NCBI GenBank assembly: GCA_002423605.1
Contig: DIKK01000028.1
Location: 177,097 to 241,096 of the forward strand
Length of the DNA stretch: 64,000 bases
Direction: 5' to 3'
Source of the DNA: Dehalococcoidia bacterium UBA5620
Lineage (GTDB): Bacteria > Chloroflexota > Dehalococcoidia > GIF9 > UBA5629
In this document: positions 43,734 to 53,811 of the stretch, piece after piece
Layout: each line of letters starts with the position of its first letter
Position numbering within the stretch: position 1 is the first letter of the stretch
Translations under genes and position numbers: made by a program
The notes under the pieces: model-generated
Told to the model about the DNA's origin: nothing
The model's database searches: none
Seen by the model: only the letters and a program-made list of their open reading frames with translations

Positions 43734-44561
43734 ATGACTCTGCATGGTAACAATGACGCTGTACCTCCTAATCTCACTCTAGGACAAGCTGCCGCCCAAT
43801 TCCTCCTCGAGTTGCCACCAGCAGACAGACACAAAGCTCAACAGGAGATATACAAGTTCGTTCGTTGGTACGGAGAAAAACGTCGACTGAGTGAACTGAC
43901 CATTCCAGAAGTAGCAAATTACGCCGAGCAAATAACATCATCTACAACTGAAGTGGCTGAAAAGCTGGCAGTTGTAAAGAATTTTATTACTTATTGTTAT
44001 AAGAAAAAACTTATTAAGAACAACCTAGCTGTTCATCTCAAGTCTAAGAAGGCACCACCTAAATCATTCCATCATTCCAGACGACATCACCGCAGGACAG
44101 TTTCCCTTACAGACCAGGGCTATGCTAACCTACAAGCTGAACTCGCTGCTCTCATAGATGAGCGACCGCACATAGCCGAAGAACTAAAAAAGGCAGCGGC
44201 AGACAAGGACTTTCGTGAAAATGCTCCGCTAGAAGCAGCCCGAGAGCATCAGGCTCACGTAGAAGGACGTATCCGAGAACTAGAGGCAACCCTGAAAGCG
44301 GCTACAATTATGGATGACAAGCAAACCACCAGCCACGAAATCACCATTGGCGATACTGTTGTGCTCCTAGAAACAATCTCCCGTGAAGAGGTAACCTATA
44401 CACTGGTTGATATAAGAGAGGCCGACCCAGACGCAGGTAAAATCTCCGTTGTTTCGCCCGTAGGTCAAGCAGTACTGGGCCTGCGCAAAGGTAACAAGGT
44501 TGTAGTGAAAGCACCAGCCTGTATCATAAATTACGAAATCAAAGACATCAAACATCATTAA
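43734..44561 (+). CDS. greA: GreA-family transcription elongation factor with a ~120-aa N-terminal extra domain
   Basis: LTDQGY..LQAEL, DKDFRENAPLEAARE, IGDTV, ISVVSPVGQAVLG. Confidence 0.9.
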   Translation: MTLHGNNDAVPPNLTLGQAAAQFLLELPPADRHKAQQEIYKFVRWYGEKRRLSELTIPEVANYAEQITSSTTEVAEKLAVVKNFITYCYKKKLIKNNLAVHLKSKKAPPKSFHHSRRHHRRTVSLTDQGYANLQAELAALIDERPHIAEELKKAAADKDFRENAPLEAAREHQAHVEGRIRELEATLKAATIMDDKQTTSHEITIGDTVVLLETISREEVTYTLVDIREADPDAGKISVVSPVGQAVLGLRKGNKVVVKAPACIINYEIKDIKHH

Positions 44562-44755
44562 TTTTCGCGGCTACCACAAGGAATCAGGTAAAAGCTCTTT
44601 TCTCAATAGCTAAAATCCCTCTACATAGCTTGGGGGTAAGCATATAAACTTAGGCTTAAAAGGTCGAAAGTTTGAAGCTAAGAAGAGTCCCCTAAAAATT
44701 AAACAGCCTCGTGGCAGTAAGGGAGGCGCTCCCCTCAAAACCATCGCCGATGATA

Positions 44756-45078
44756 AACATTTAGGTGTGCCCGTAGGTTCCTTCCAGGCTGTGCAATACC
44801 ACTACGCTAATACATGATATCGATACATCCAAATACCATCTGCCAGGCAGCCTAGAAGACCAGTGAATACCCCTATGCCAAAGATGCGGCTATAGCCAAA
44901 GGCTAGGTGAGCGATGCCTACAAAAGGGATACCAAGCTGGAGCACAAGTATATCGACGGTGTCAGTCTCATCGAAGACCACATATACTACTTTACTCCAA
45001 CGAAGCAAGGCCACCTAGCTTAACCTCAGCGATGCCGATTACCACCGTAAAGCGCTGGCCCAAGCACTGAAACTGTAG
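44756..45078 (+). pseudogene. C-terminal relic of an acyl-CoA dehydrogenase
   Basis: GVPVGSFQAVQYHYAN* / DIDTSKY / AIAKG*VSDAYKR / SDADYHRKALAQALKL*, matching the QFGxPIGSFQAxQHxxANM...AKAWVSDAY..GDADFHR pattern. Confidence 0.75.
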
Positions 45079-45201
45079 CCTCGTTAGCTAGTATCGCCAC
45101 TGAGACAACACGATAATTGCCTCGCCGGTTACCTTATGCTATACTGATGCACGAATCTGCTCATGAGGTTAAGTACTGTCTAAAACTGGGAGGTTTATAC
45201 T

Positions 45202-45987
45202 TTGTCAGAGCCCATTTCAGTCAAACAGTTGTTAGAGGCTGGAGCGCATTTCGGCCACCTAACCGGTCACTGGCACCCAAAGATGAAGAACTACATCTTC
45301 ACCCAGCGGAACGGCATACATATCCTTGATCTTGAACAAACTGTAGCCTTGTTAGATAAGGCATGTGCATTTATCAAAGACCTAGTCGGCAAAGGTGGAA
45401 CCATTCTCTTAGTCGGTACCAAGAAGCAAGCCCAAGAAGTTATAGGAGAGGAAGCTAAACGATGTGGTATGTTTTATGTCAACCAAAGATGGCTCGGGGG
45501 TATGCTCACCAACTTCGCCACGATACAGTCAAGAATAGATTATCTAGTGCGCCTTGAGGACAAGAGATCACATGGTGAGTTAGACTATCTTCCCAAGAAA
45601 GAGAGGCAAAAGGTTGAAAAGGAAGTCCTGCGCCTCAACAGGTTACTTGGTGGTTTCAAGGAGATGACCTCACTCCCAGGAGCTCTATTCATTGTAGACC
45701 CAACTAAAGAGAAAATTGCTCTGGCAGAAGCCAAAAAGATGGGGATACCTGTAGTAGCAGTAGTTGACACAAATTGCAGCCCTGAATGTATTGATTACAT
45801 AATTCCAGCAAATGATGATGCAATAAAGGCAATCAAACTTATGTGCAGCAAGATCGCTGATGCTGTGCTGGAAGCAAAGCTGATGAGGGAATCCAGCGAA
45901 GCTGGAGCTGCTCAACCAACACCAGTAGCCAAGGAATCTTCTGAATTGCTGGAATCCCATACCTTCATGCCTGACGTAGATGCATAA
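45202..45987 (+). CDS. rpsB: 30S ribosomal protein S2
   Basis: [28 protein letters not shown]; TTG start after GGAGG. Confidence 0.98.
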   Translation: MSEPISVKQLLEAGAHFGHLTGHWHPKMKNYIFTQRNGIHILDLEQTVALLDKACAFIKDLVGKGGTILLVGTKKQAQEVIGEEAKRCGMFYVNQRWLGGMLTNFATIQSRIDYLVRLEDKRSHGELDYLPKKERQKVEKEVLRLNRLLGGFKEMTSLPGALFIVDPTKEKIALAEAKKMGIPVVAVVDTNCSPECIDYIIPANDDAIKAIKLMCSKIADAVLEAKLMRESSEAGAAQPTPVAKESSELLESHTFMPDVDA

Positions 45988-46030
45988 GTGAGGCAATCAA
46001 AGCCTCCCCTATAAAGAAGGAGGTACAATA

Positions 46031-46534
46031 TTGGAGATATCAACCGAAAAAGTCAAAGAGCTTAGAGAAAAAACAGGCGCGGGCGTAATAGATTGCAAGA
46101 AAGCTCTTATTGAAGCAAGCGGAGATTCTACCAGGGCAGCTGATGTCCTCAGTAAACGGGGACTTGTCATAGCCCGCAAGAAAGCTGATCGGGTAGCAAA
46201 CCAAGGAATAATTGAAAGTTACGTCCATCAGGGAGGACGCATCGGGGTATTAGTAGAGGTCAACTGTGAAACTGACTTTGTCGCCCGGACACCAGAGTTC
46301 AGGGAACTGGCCCATGACATCGCTTTACAAATAGCAGCCATGTCGCCACAATTCATATCGTCGGAAGAAGTATCTTCAGAGATAGAAGCAGACCCAAAAG
46401 ACGCCTGCCTGTTACTACAGCTTTTTGTTAAAGACCCAGGTAAAACCATCCAGGACATAATCACCGAAACGATAGCCAAAGTCGGTGAGAATATCAAGAT
46501 ACGTAGATTTTGCAGATTTGAGCTAGGTTGCTAG
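46031..46534 (+). CDS. tsf: Elongation factor Ts (short form)
   Basis: [30 protein letters not shown]. Confidence 0.97.
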   Translation: MEISTEKVKELREKTGAGVIDCKKALIEASGDSTRAADVLSKRGLVIARKKADRVANQGIIESYVHQGGRIGVLVEVNCETDFVARTPEFRELAHDIALQIAAMSPQFISSEEVSSEIEADPKDACLLLQLFVKDPGKTIQDIITETIAKVGENIKIRRFCRFELGC

Positions 46535-47274
46535 AGGTGGAAACGGGCAAATCCAAGTACAAGCGCGTGCTGCTCAAGCTGAGTGGGGAAGCGCTCATGG
46601 GGGAAAAAGATTTTGGTATCGATCCTTCGGTTTTAAAACGTGTAGCTCAACAAATAAAACATGTGATGTCATCTGGCGTAGAGGTGGCCGTAGTGGTTGG
46701 AGGCGGGAATTTCTGGCGAGGTACGATCAGTGAAGCTATGGGGATGGATAGGGCTACAGCAGACTACGCCGGAATGCTAGCTACCATAATCAACGCCCTA
46801 GCTCTTCAAGACTCCCTAGAAAACACAGGCATTGTCACCAGAACCCAATCATCTATTACAATACAAGCTATTGCTGAACCATACATTCGCCGCCGGGCTA
46901 TACGCCATCTGGAGAAAAAGCGAGCGGTTATCTTCGCCGGAGGCACAGGAAACCCCTACATGACCACCGACACAGCTGCAGCCCTACGAGCTATAGAGGT
47001 AAACGCTGAAGTCCTATTGGTAGCCAAGAATAAAGTAGATGGCGCCTATGATTCTGATCCTCTCAAGAACCCGAAGGCAAAAAAATTCGAGAGCCTGACC
47101 CACCAAGATGCGCTCAATATGCGCCTTCAGGTGATGGATGCTATGGCTTTCTCACTCTGCCGGGAAAACAAACTACCCATCATTATCTTCGACCTCCAAG
47201 GGCAACAGAGCATTGAACGTGTCATCTCCGGAGAACATGTAGGTACCATTGTTGTCAACGAAGGAGAGAAATGA
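46528..47274 (+). CDS. pyrH: UMP kinase
   Basis: [26 protein letters not shown]. Confidence 0.97.
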   Translation: MLEVETGKSKYKRVLLKLSGEALMGEKDFGIDPSVLKRVAQQIKHVMSSGVEVAVVVGGGNFWRGTISEAMGMDRATADYAGMLATIINALALQDSLENTGIVTRTQSSITIQAIAEPYIRRRAIRHLEKKRAVIFAGGTGNPYMTTDTAAALRAIEVNAEVLLVAKNKVDGAYDSDPLKNPKAKKFESLTHQDALNMRLQVMDAMAFSLCRENKLPIIIFDLQGQQSIERVISGEHVGTIVVNEGEK

Positions 47275-47828
47275 TTGAACAAACACTGAGCGAAACTGAT
47301 AGCAAAATGAAGAAGGCTGTTGAAGCCCTAACACGAGACCTGGCAGGAATACGCACAGGGCGTGCCTCGCCTGCTCTAGTCGACCACATCAAAGTTGATT
47401 ATCACGGAGTTCCGACCCCTCTTAATCAGCTTGCCTCGATCGCTGTACCTGAGGCCAAAATGATAGTTATCCAGCCCTGGGACCGCACATCAATCCGCAG
47501 TATTGAAAAGGCGATCCTTAAGTCTGATCTCGGTCTTAATCCCATGAGCGACAGCAATGTAATACGCATAACCATACCACCACTCACCGAAGAACGGCGC
47601 AAAGAACTAATCAAAGTAGTACATAAGAGGCTAGAAGATGCCAGGATTACCATACGCAATGTAAGACGTGACTCCATTGAAAAGTTGAAACAGTCAGAGA
47701 AAAACAAGGAGGTATCTCAGGACCAGAATACACGCGCCGCAGAACAGCTTCAAAAATTAACTGACAGTTTCATCGAAAAAGTCAACAGCACCGGGCAAGA
47801 CAAGGAAAAGGAGATTATGGAAGTCTGA
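47271..47828 (+). CDS. frr: Ribosome recycling factor
   Basis: [25 protein letters not shown]. Confidence 0.98.
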   Translation: MIEQTLSETDSKMKKAVEALTRDLAGIRTGRASPALVDHIKVDYHGVPTPLNQLASIAVPEAKMIVIQPWDRTSIRSIEKAILKSDLGLNPMSDSNVIRITIPPLTEERRKELIKVVHKRLEDARITIRNVRRDSIEKLKQSEKNKEVSQDQNTRAAEQLQKLTDSFIEKVNSTGQDKEKEIMEV

Positions 47829-47961
47829 TAATCCTGAGAATTCCATCCTCCGTCTTACAGTGCAGTCAGAGAACAAGAGTCAAAATATAAATGTGCCCGC
47901 AACGTCAATTGTAAATATATCACTGGTACTGCTATGCACAATTAGAGCCTGAAAGATAATT

Positions 47962-48786
47962 ATGCTAAAGCAGAGAGTCATAACTGCACTTATCGCATTA
48001 CCGATCCTCATAGCTGCAATCTGGTTTGGCACACCATGGTTTACCATCCTGATGGCCGCTATCACTTTAGTTGGTATTATAGAATTCTACCGAATGGCAA
48101 CAAGCGCCAACATACAGCCACTCACCTACTTCGGCATTGCATGCGCAGTGCTGCTTGCATCTATCCCTCATTGCCAGTACATCGGGGCTGCTCCCTTTTT
48201 GCTCACTCTAGCCATAATCATATCATTGATCTGGAGTCTATCCCAGTTGCCTAGAGAAAGAGCCTTCCACAACTGGACGTGGACGATGGCCGGCATACTC
48301 TATATCGGCTGGATGTTAAGTTATTGGGTCTGTCTCAGACTGCTAGAAAATGGGCTGGAGTGGGTATTTTTCGCGGCACTTACCACAGTAGCAAGTGACA
48401 CCTCTGCATTCTTTATAGGCAGGGCCTGGGGCAAGCGCCGCATAGCTCCTACCATAAGTCCCAATAAAACATGGGAGGGAGCCTTAGCTGGATTCTTAGG
48501 TGCCATAGCAGCAGCACTGATTTTGAAAGCGATCTTTTCCCTCCCCCCCTTCTTTTTACCGATTAACTATTGGCAGGCAACCTTGTTAGGCGCTGGAGTC
48601 AGCATATTCGCACAGCTAGGTGATTTGGTAGAATCATTGCTTAAACGCAATACAGGAAACAAAGATTCAGGAAATCTTCTACCAGGACATGGTGGCATAC
48701 TAGACCGGGTTGATGGCTTCTTATTCTCCGGAGTCATGGTATACTACTTCGTAATACTCACTGACATCATAATTAAAATACCATGA
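47962..48786 (+). CDS. cdsA: Phosphatidate cytidylyltransferase
   Basis: SPNKTWEG, GDLVESLLKR..KDSGNLLPGHGGILDRVD. Confidence 0.97.
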   Translation: MLKQRVITALIALPILIAAIWFGTPWFTILMAAITLVGIIEFYRMATSANIQPLTYFGIACAVLLASIPHCQYIGAAPFLLTLAIIISLIWSLSQLPRERAFHNWTWTMAGILYIGWMLSYWVCLRLLENGLEWVFFAALTTVASDTSAFFIGRAWGKRRIAPTISPNKTWEGALAGFLGAIAAALILKAIFSLPPFFLPINYWQATLLGAGVSIFAQLGDLVESLLKRNTGNKDSGNLLPGHGGILDRVDGFLFSGVMVYYFVILTDIIIKIP

Positions 48787-49919
48787 TAAGACTTGCCATT
48801 CTAGGCTCCACAGGTTCCATAGGCCAACAAACACTCGACATAGTCAGTAGCTTCCACACCGAACTCAGGGTTTTAGGGCTTGCTGGTGGTAAAAACGCTG
48901 CCTCACTAACCGCACAAATCGATAAGTTTAAACCGAAACTGGTTTATTCAACAACAAAGGTAGATTTACCACGAAATACAGGCTTCACCTCAATGGAGGA
49001 AATAGCCAGTCACCCCGAGGTCGACCTTGTTGTCATTGCAACCACGGGAAAGGCAGGATTGGCTCCAGCCTTAGCAGCCATAAAAGCCGGCAAGAAGATA
49101 GCCCTGGCTAACAAAGAGATACTGGCTATGGCCGGTGAAATCATTACTACAGAAGCCAGGGGACATAAAGCGAAAATACTACCTATCGATAGCGAGCACA
49201 GCGCCATATGGCAATGCCTCAGAGGAGAAAGAGCAGGCGTAGCTCGCCTCATTCTTACGGCGTCAGGCGGACCATTCTATCATCACTCTGAATCGGATTT
49301 AGCCGAAGTTACTGTAGAGGAATCTCTGACGCATCCAACGTGGAAAATGGGCAAAAAAGTTACTATAGATTCGGCTACACTTATGAACAAAGGACTAGAA
49401 GCCATTGAAGCCCATTGGCTATTCTCCCTACCTTTCTCAAAAATCGATATGGTAATTCACCCTCAGAGCATCATTCATTCACTTGTAGAATTTATAGATG
49501 GCTCCATAAAAGCACAACTTAGCTTCCCCGATATGCGTCTACCCATTCAATACGCCCTATTCTATCCCAAGCGCCTATCAAACCCAAAGCTGCCCCACCT
49601 TGACTTAGAACATACCAATCCGTTAACCTTTGAACCGGTGAACTACGACAATTTTCCTTGTCTACAACTAGCGCTGGAAGCCGGTAAAAAAGGCGGAACG
49701 TATCCCGCCGTACTCTGCGCCGCCGACGAAATAGCTACTGAGTTTTTCCTCAACAAACGTATCAGCTTCACAAATATCGCCGAGGTAATAGCTAAGACCA
49801 TCACCCTACATCAATGCACCATGAATCCTAAACTTGATGATATTATGGATGCTGATGCTTGGGCAAGAGAAACAGCCACAAAAGTCGCTACTAAGGAAGG
49901 TCTATGTTACAAACAATAG
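48783..49919 (+). CDS. dxr: 1-deoxy-D-xylulose-5-phosphate reductoisomerase
   Basis: ILGSTGSIG, LANKE, PIDSEHSA, DSATLMNKGLE. Confidence 0.97.
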   Translation: MIRLAILGSTGSIGQQTLDIVSSFHTELRVLGLAGGKNAASLTAQIDKFKPKLVYSTTKVDLPRNTGFTSMEEIASHPEVDLVVIATTGKAGLAPALAAIKAGKKIALANKEILAMAGEIITTEARGHKAKILPIDSEHSAIWQCLRGERAGVARLILTASGGPFYHHSESDLAEVTVEESLTHPTWKMGKKVTIDSATLMNKGLEAIEAHWLFSLPFSKIDMVIHPQSIIHSLVEFIDGSIKAQLSFPDMRLPIQYALFYPKRLSNPKLPHLDLEHTNPLTFEPVNYDNFPCLQLALEAGKKGGTYPAVLCAADEIATEFFLNKRISFTNIAEVIAKTITLHQCTMNPKLDDIMDADAWARETATKVATKEGLCYKQ

Positions 49920-50974
49920 CAATAACAGCCATCAGTTTTATCGGGGTACTATTGACCCTTATCTTCATTCATGAGCTTGGCCATTTCATCACCGCCAAGC
50001 TTTCTGGAGTAAAAGTAGAGGAATTTGGATTAGGTTTTCCACCCAGGATTATAAGTTTTAAGCGCGACGAGACAGTATATTCGCTCAACGCCATACCACT
50101 CGGTGGATTCACCAAGCTACTTGGGGAAGAAGACCCCACCATGCCCGAGAGCTTAGCCAGCAAAAGCATCCCTACTAGAGCTTTGGTCCTGAGTGCCGGC
50201 TCACTGATGAACATCCTGCTGCCGATATTCTTATTCGCATTCAGCTTTATGATTCCTCACGATAAACTCATAGAGACGGTCCAGATAAAAGAGATAGCCG
50301 TAGGCTCGCCCGCTCAAAACGCTGGAATTGAAGTTGGAGATGTTATTCTAAAGATAGATGACCGCCAAGTTAGTAACAGGGGTGACATCGCCTATCTCAT
50401 TCAGCAAGACCTGGGCTCTGATGTACACATGTTACTTCAGAAAGCCGACAATAGCCAGCAAGAAGTCACCGTGAAGCCGAGGTGGAATCCTCCGCCAGAA
50501 CAAGGTGCTATTGGGATTATCATTGAGGGGGTAGACAGCACAGTAGTCCGCGAATCATATCCCATTTGGAAAGCATTCCACGAGAGTGTACGCCATTGCT
50601 GGGAAATCCTTGTCCTATTTAAAAATGAATTAGTAGGTTGGTTTATTAGAGGCATTGCACCACAACTAACAGGCCCCTTCGGCATTGCCCAGATTACAGG
50701 AGAGGTGGCCAAAGCTGGCATTAGCCCCTTACTGGAGTTCGCTGCGCTGATTAGTATAAACCTTGCCATAATCAACCTGCTGCCATTTCCAGGTCTGGAT
50801 GGAGGTAGACTGGGCTTCTTAGTCTTGGAATGGATCCGGGGCGGCAAAAGGATATCAGCCAAAAAAGAAGGCCAGATACATTTTATCGGCTTGATGATAT
50901 TGATCTTGCTGATCATAGTAATAAGCTACTATGACATAGGACATATAATCCAAGGTGAGAACGTCCTGCCTTGA
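49904..50974 (+). CDS. rseP: RIP metalloprotease RseP
   Basis: HELGH, PDZ domain, NLLPFPGLDGG. Confidence 0.95.
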   Translation: MLQTIAITAISFIGVLLTLIFIHELGHFITAKLSGVKVEEFGLGFPPRIISFKRDETVYSLNAIPLGGFTKLLGEEDPTMPESLASKSIPTRALVLSAGSLMNILLPIFLFAFSFMIPHDKLIETVQIKEIAVGSPAQNAGIEVGDVILKIDDRQVSNRGDIAYLIQQDLGSDVHMLLQKADNSQQEVTVKPRWNPPPEQGAIGIIIEGVDSTVVRESYPIWKAFHESVRHCWEILVLFKNELVGWFIRGIAPQLTGPFGIAQITGEVAKAGISPLLEFAALISINLAIINLLPFPGLDGGRLGFLVLEWIRGGKRISAKKEGQIHFIGLMILILLIIVISYYDIGHIIQGENVLP

Positions 50975-52017
50975 TGAGCCGAAGACAATCTAACCCCATC
51001 CAGGTGGGGTCAGTTACCATAGGGGGTGACGCCCCCATCGTGGTTCAGTCCATGACCAAGACTGACACCAGAAATATTCCTGCAACAATAGCCCAGATTA
51101 AGGAGCTTGCTGATTACGGCTGTGAAATAGTCAGAGTGGCTGTCCCTGATAAAGAAGCAGCAAAATCCTTAAAGGTAATCAAGGAGAATGCATCTATCCC
51201 AATAATTGCTGATATCCACTTTGATTACCGATTAGCCTTTGCAGCATTAAAAGCAGGTGTTGACGGACTTCGTCTGAATCCCGGTAATATCCGCGACCCC
51301 GAACAAATCGCCAAAGTTGTTAAAGCCGCCAAGCAAAGGCAGGTGCCAATCCGCATCGGCATCAACGCCGGGAGTCTGCCATTAGCCCCTGAGAAATACC
51401 CATCTATTGCTGAACATATGGTAGATGCAGCAATGAAACAGATTAAACTGCTGGAAACCCTGGATTTCGACTTAATAAAGATTTCTCTTAAAGCCTTCGA
51501 CGCCCCCACTACGATCGAAGCATATAGAATGATAGCGCCTCTGACAACCTATCCGCTGCATCTGGGCATCACGGAAGCGGGGCTTCCCGCCACAGGAGCC
51601 ATCCGCAGCGCAGTAGGTATTGGGATACTTCTCTATGAAGGCATCGGAGACACCATACGTGTTTCTCTTACGGCGCAACCTTGCGAGGAGATAAATGCTG
51701 CATACGAGATACTGAAGAGCCTGAATCTGCGCCAGCACGGCCCCACATTGGTAAGCTGCCCTGGCTGTGGCCGCACCGAAACAGACATTGTAGCTCTAGC
51801 CAAATCTGTGGATAAGAAACTAAAGAAAATAAGAAAACCAATAAAAGTTGCTGTGATGGGCTGCGTAGTCAATGGTCCTGGCGAGGCAAAAGATGCTGAT
51901 GTCGGTATAGCATGCGGTAAAGGCAAGGGAGCCATATTCAGAAAAGGTAGGGTAGTTAACACAGTTGCCGAGGCAGATTACCTTAGTGTCCTCATGGCTG
52001 AAATCAAACTCCTTTAA
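50974..52017 (+). CDS. ispG: HMBPP synthase IspG
   Basis: QSMT, ADIHF, RLNPGN, SCPGCGR, VMGCVVNGPGE. Confidence 0.97.
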   Translation: MSRRQSNPIQVGSVTIGGDAPIVVQSMTKTDTRNIPATIAQIKELADYGCEIVRVAVPDKEAAKSLKVIKENASIPIIADIHFDYRLAFAALKAGVDGLRLNPGNIRDPEQIAKVVKAAKQRQVPIRIGINAGSLPLAPEKYPSIAEHMVDAAMKQIKLLETLDFDLIKISLKAFDAPTTIEAYRMIAPLTTYPLHLGITEAGLPATGAIRSAVGIGILLYEGIGDTIRVSLTAQPCEEINAAYEILKSLNLRQHGPTLVSCPGCGRTETDIVALAKSVDKKLKKIRKPIKVAVMGCVVNGPGEAKDADVGIACGKGKGAIFRKGRVVNTVAEADYLSVLMAEIKLL

Positions 52018-52067
52018 GCAGTATAATATCTAGCTTAGAATCCTGAACAAAATAAGGAATAGTGAAT

Positions 52068-53780
52068 ATGCGTGTTTCTAATCTATTCGGCAAGACGCTA
52101 AAAGAAATACCGGCAGAGGCCGATAGCATCAGCCACCAGCTATTGGTTAGAGCAGGAATGATCCAGCAGATCGCCGCCGGTATATATTCGTATTTCCCCC
52201 TAGGTTGGCTGGTGCTCAAGAAAATCGAACAAATCATAAGGGAAGAGATGGATACCGCCGGCGGACAGGAGCTGATGCTTCCCGCCATTCAGCCATTCGA
52301 ACTGTGGGAAAAATCAGGTAGATATCCATCATTCGGCAAAGCACTGTTCACTACTATAGACCGCAAGGAGCACAAGTTAGTATTTGGCCCTACGCACGAA
52401 GAGGTCATAACCGACGTGGTAAGACGCCATGTTCAAAGCTACCGCGACCTGCCGCTACTGCTCTATCAGATACAGGATAAATTCCGCGACGAACCCCGCC
52501 CACGGGGCGGTCTGTTGCGTGTCCGCGAGTTCATCATGAAAGACCTGTACAGTTTCCATGCTAACGCAGAAAGTTTGGACAAGACCTACCAGAAAATGAT
52601 ACAGGCCTACAAGAATGTCTTTGCACGCTGTGGTCTGCCCTCTGTTATGGTAGAAGCCGATAGCGGCGCCATAGGTGGCAAAGAATCACATGAATTTATG
52701 CTCATCGCCGAAACTGGGGAAGACGAAGTCATCTATTGCTCCACCTGTGATTATGCCGCCAATGTAGAAAAAGCTTGCATCGCCAAAACTAAGATAGAAA
52801 TAAAGCCCCAGCTGCCTATCGAAGAAATATCGACTCCGAATATCAAAACTATAAGTGATGTGGCAGGTTTTGTTAGCGTATCTACCAGCCAGACTCTGAA
52901 GGCAGTATTTTACTCTGCTGATGGTGAGCTTGTCTTCGCAGTTATCAGAGGAGACCTGAACATCAACGAAGTAAAACTCAAGAACCTGCTCAAAGCCACC
53001 GAGCTGCGTTTAGCCACAGAAACTGAGGTAAAAGCAGCAGGCTTGGTGGCTGGCTCAGCATCACCTGTAGGACTACAGGGCATGAAGATTGTAGCCGATA
53101 ACTCCATCACCATTGGCTCCAACTTCGTTGTCGGAGCCAATAAGCCAGATATGCACCTCAAGAATGTGAACTACCCTCGCGATTTCAATGTTGACATAAT
53201 TGCTGACATAGCGACAGCGCGCCCTGGCGACATATGCACCAAATGCAATGGCGAGCTTCTTGCTCAGCAGGGCATCGAGGTAGGACATATCTTCAAACTC
53301 GGCATTTTCCTCAGCGAGAGGTTAGGTGCATCGTTTCTGGATCAAGACGGCATCTCACGGCCAATCATCATGGGTTGCTATGGCATCGGTGTGGGCAGAC
53401 TGCTCGCCGCCGCAGTAGAGCAAAATCATGACGAAAAAGGGATTATATGGCCATTAGCAATTGCACCATACCAAATTTACCTCTGTGCATTAAACATGGA
53501 TAATCCTGACGTCGCCGAAGCCGCTGAAAGACTATACCATGATTTAGGCAACGCGAATCTGGAGGTGCTCTTTGATGACCGAGAAGAATCCGCGGGCGTA
53601 AAATTTAATGATGCTGATCTGGTAGGAATACCACTTCGTTTAACAATCAGCCCACGCACTTTAAAAAATCAAAGCGTAGAGATAAAATGGCGCAGAGAGA
53701 AACAATCAGAGCTTTTACCATTACAACAAGAGCTCACAGACAAAATCAAAGAGCTGGTATCGAAGCATCGAAAAGGCTAA
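52068..53780 (+). CDS. proS: Proline--tRNA ligase
   Basis: PTHEE, FRDEPRPRGGLLR.REF.MKD, GIEVGHIF, MGCYGIG. Confidence 0.97.
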   Translation: MRVSNLFGKTLKEIPAEADSISHQLLVRAGMIQQIAAGIYSYFPLGWLVLKKIEQIIREEMDTAGGQELMLPAIQPFELWEKSGRYPSFGKALFTTIDRKEHKLVFGPTHEEVITDVVRRHVQSYRDLPLLLYQIQDKFRDEPRPRGGLLRVREFIMKDLYSFHANAESLDKTYQKMIQAYKNVFARCGLPSVMVEADSGAIGGKESHEFMLIAETGEDEVIYCSTCDYAANVEKACIAKTKIEIKPQLPIEEISTPNIKTISDVAGFVSVSTSQTLKAVFYSADGELVFAVIRGDLNINEVKLKNLLKATELRLATETEVKAAGLVAGSASPVGLQGMKIVADNSITIGSNFVVGANKPDMHLKNVNYPRDFNVDIIADIATARPGDICTKCNGELLAQQGIEVGHIFKLGIFLSERLGASFLDQDGISRPIIMGCYGIGVGRLLAAAVEQNHDEKGIIWPLAIAPYQIYLCALNMDNPDVAEAAERLYHDLGNANLEVLFDDREESAGVKFNDADLVGIPLRLTISPRTLKNQSVEIKWRREKQSELLPLQQELTDKIKELVSKHRKG

Positions 53781-53811
53781 CACTACATCTCAATTCAGTC
53801 ATGGTATATGT

